Program-made: the position numbers and the translations under genes
Shown here: positions 37,542 through 38,832 of the stretch, piece by piece
Layout: the number at the start of each line of letters is the position of its first letter
Numbering within the stretch: position 1 is the stretch's first letter
Notes under the pieces: generated by a model
Seen by the model: the letters and a program-made list of their open reading frames with translations, nothing else
What the model was told of the DNA's origin: nothing
The model's database searches: none
NCBI GenBank assembly: GCA_963977445.1
Contig: CAXBPH010000030.1
Span: 1-38,832, forward strand
Reading direction: 5' to 3'
DNA: 38,832 nucleotides
Source of the DNA: an uncultured bacterium
GTDB taxonomy: Bacteria; Hydrogenedentota; Hydrogenedentia; Hydrogenedentales; JAEUWI01

Positions 37542-37776
37542 GGGATTCAATGACCTGCACGATTCGCTTACTCTCAGGTTTTGTCTTACTCTGGCGTGGA
37601 ATGCATTGGCAGAGTCCACATTCCAGGTCGTTGTCTCACCAGAACGCCTGGAAATTTTACCGGGTGAAAGGCGAAAATGCGTAGTCTGGCCCTTGCTTGT
37701 CCTAAAACGGCGGGAAACGCGCCCCCAATCCATACCTAACGACAACGTGCTGGCAGGAGAGAGTGATAGTGCCTGA
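37534..37776 (+). other. Short ORF or gene fragment of a secreted Ig-like protein
   Basis: FCLTLAWNALA-ESTFQVVVSPERLEILPGE looks like a signal cleavage site plus Ig-type first strands, then loses coherence. Confidence 0.3.
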
Positions 37777-38563
37777 TCTAACAGAAGAAATATTGAGCGA
37801 CGGCGTGAAGAATTCGCCTGACGACGATCCGTGGCGTGGTTGTTGGTTCCTTTTCCTCGCCTTTGCACTTTGTGTCGCAATCGCCATTATCTTGCCCAAG
37901 CCTGCAGATAATTGTGGTCGAAATCGGGCTGACGCAAAGCGCTTGTTGGAAGATATTGATGCGTGGAACAGTTGGCGTTCACAGTATCCTGAGCGTGGTT
38001 ACGATTTGAAGAATAGCGATTTTCGAGCGTGTAGCCTTGATGGAGCATTGCTTCAAAATTCAAGCCTTTTCAAATCATGTTTGACGGGCGTATCTCTTGT
38101 GGGAGCAAATCTCGAAAATACAAACATATCACAGGCATTTCTTGAGGATGCGAATTTAAGTAGCGCAAAACTTATGGATGCATCTTTTATTGGCTCGATA
38201 CTAACGGGGGTGAATCTCAGTAATGTAGATGCACGTGGCGCGAGATTTCGTACGTCTGACCTACGCAATGCGGATCTTTCTGAAAGTGATCTTACGAATG
38301 CTGAATTTTGGGGTGCCGACCTGAGTGGTGCCCGGTTGAATGGTGCTGATCTGAGTGGTGCAGACTTGACCTTTGCCTCGCTGGAAAACGTTGGCGGCTG
38401 GGATGCCATTAAGAGTATAAAATGCGCAAATATTTTTGGTATGAACGCTCAGTACGACTTCAGAATGTGGGCACTTGCTCATGGTGCATTAGAAATCGGG
38501 GAGGATGAAGTTGTTAATTGGAGAGAGTTACGAGATCAGTGCATGGGATCTGATGAAAATTAG
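37763..38563 (+). CDS. Membrane-anchored pentapeptide-repeat protein
   Basis: N-terminal TM, AWNSWR motif, long run of A(D/N)Lxx repeats; visibly more AT-rich than the core genes. Confidence 0.88.
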   Translation: MIVPDLTEEILSDGVKNSPDDDPWRGCWFLFLAFALCVAIAIILPKPADNCGRNRADAKRLLEDIDAWNSWRSQYPERGYDLKNSDFRACSLDGALLQNSSLFKSCLTGVSLVGANLENTNISQAFLEDANLSSAKLMDASFIGSILTGVNLSNVDARGARFRTSDLRNADLSESDLTNAEFWGADLSGARLNGADLSGADLTFASLENVGGWDAIKSIKCANIFGMNAQYDFRMWALAHGALEIGEDEVVNWRELRDQCMGSDEN

Positions 38564-38709
38564 GGCGGAGAGGTGGAAAGACTTAAGGGACGAATCGGCG
38601 AGGTCGAAGAGTTGTTGCGAATTTGGGCAGCAAAAGAATAGTCGATACAGAAGAGTGTTACTTGCGATGGCATAGAATCCATTGCAACATGTCCCAAACT
38701 ACGAGAAAG

Positions 38710-38779
38710 ATGATGATGAGAAGTCTTGTTTTTTTCAGCCTATTTGCCGCATTGCTTCTGTTGCCAATTCAAGGCGTAT
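38710..38779 (+). pseudogene. 5' fragment (signal peptide) of a secreted-protein gene interrupted by an IS
   Basis: MMMRSLVFFSLFAALLLLPIQGV runs into the IS end and stops at TAA 38794-38796. Confidence 0.5.
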
Positions 38780-38832
38780 TGGCCTGCCCCCTGTAAACTG
38801 ATCCATGTATTATGAGAGTCTACCCGGTCCGG
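38780..38832 (+). mobile_element. IS3-family (IS407-group-like) terminal repeat, truncated by the window edge
   Basis: TGGCCTGCCCCCTGTAAACTGATCCA...GAGAGTC resembles the TG(A/G)CCTGCCCCC... termini of IS407-group elements; transposase not in window. Confidence 0.6.

Noticed and set aside
36681..37683. 11-bp direct repeat GAAAATGCGTA flanking the 36771 gene
   Set aside because: A match of this length is plausible by chance in a few kb and is not positioned as a target duplication.
38655..38682. ACTTGCGATGGCATAGAATCCA as the partner IS30 right end
   Set aside because: Spacing between the TTGC and TAGAATC blocks differs from the IR at 36407-36432; similarity too weak.
1..38832. CRISPR array, rRNA, integrase or prophage genes, ubiquitin-like/E1/E2 partners for the JAB proteins
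   Set aside because: None seen: no regularly spaced repeats and no matching ORFs in the window.

Overview
Bacterial chromosomal window from a diderm (BamA, Skp, LpxD, LpxC-FabZ). The gene mix (PASTA lipoprotein, FG-GAP and HEAT proteins, Tat-exported Gfo/Idh/MocA, mcsAB-clpC) suggests a Hydrogenedentes- or PVC-like organism, which is inference only. Core part (1-30.5 kb): tuf(3' end)-rpmG-tRNA-Trp-secE-nusG-rplK-rplA running straight into metK; a CPA2 antiporter; a LolA-like/TlpA redoxin; phnW-phnX; a GT-C transferase with SUI1; mcsA-mcsB-clpC-bamA-skp-lpxD-lpxC/fabZ; an S41-like lipoprotein; and a LacI-controlled periplasmic oxidoreductase/HEAT/FG-GAP operon. Accessory part (30.5-38.8 kb): two gapless paralogs of a membrane-anchored protein with a JAB/JAMM-like metalloprotease motif, each about 420 bp downstream of a sigma54-type promoter and separated by a decayed PASTA/FG-GAP gene; then a PACE transporter, IS30 remnants, orphan secreted or membrane genes, and an IS3-family end at the right edge. 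Best novelty candidates: (1) the sigma54-linked, apparently exported JAB pair, one copy with and one without the catalytic Glu; (2) an McsB that has lost nearly all kinase residues beside a ClpC that keeps its pArg-pocket motifs; (3) a long structured leader upstream of the Gfo/Idh/MocA operon; (4) an S41 lipoprotein lacking its catalytic Ser. All calls are by-eye motif recognition; no searches were run.
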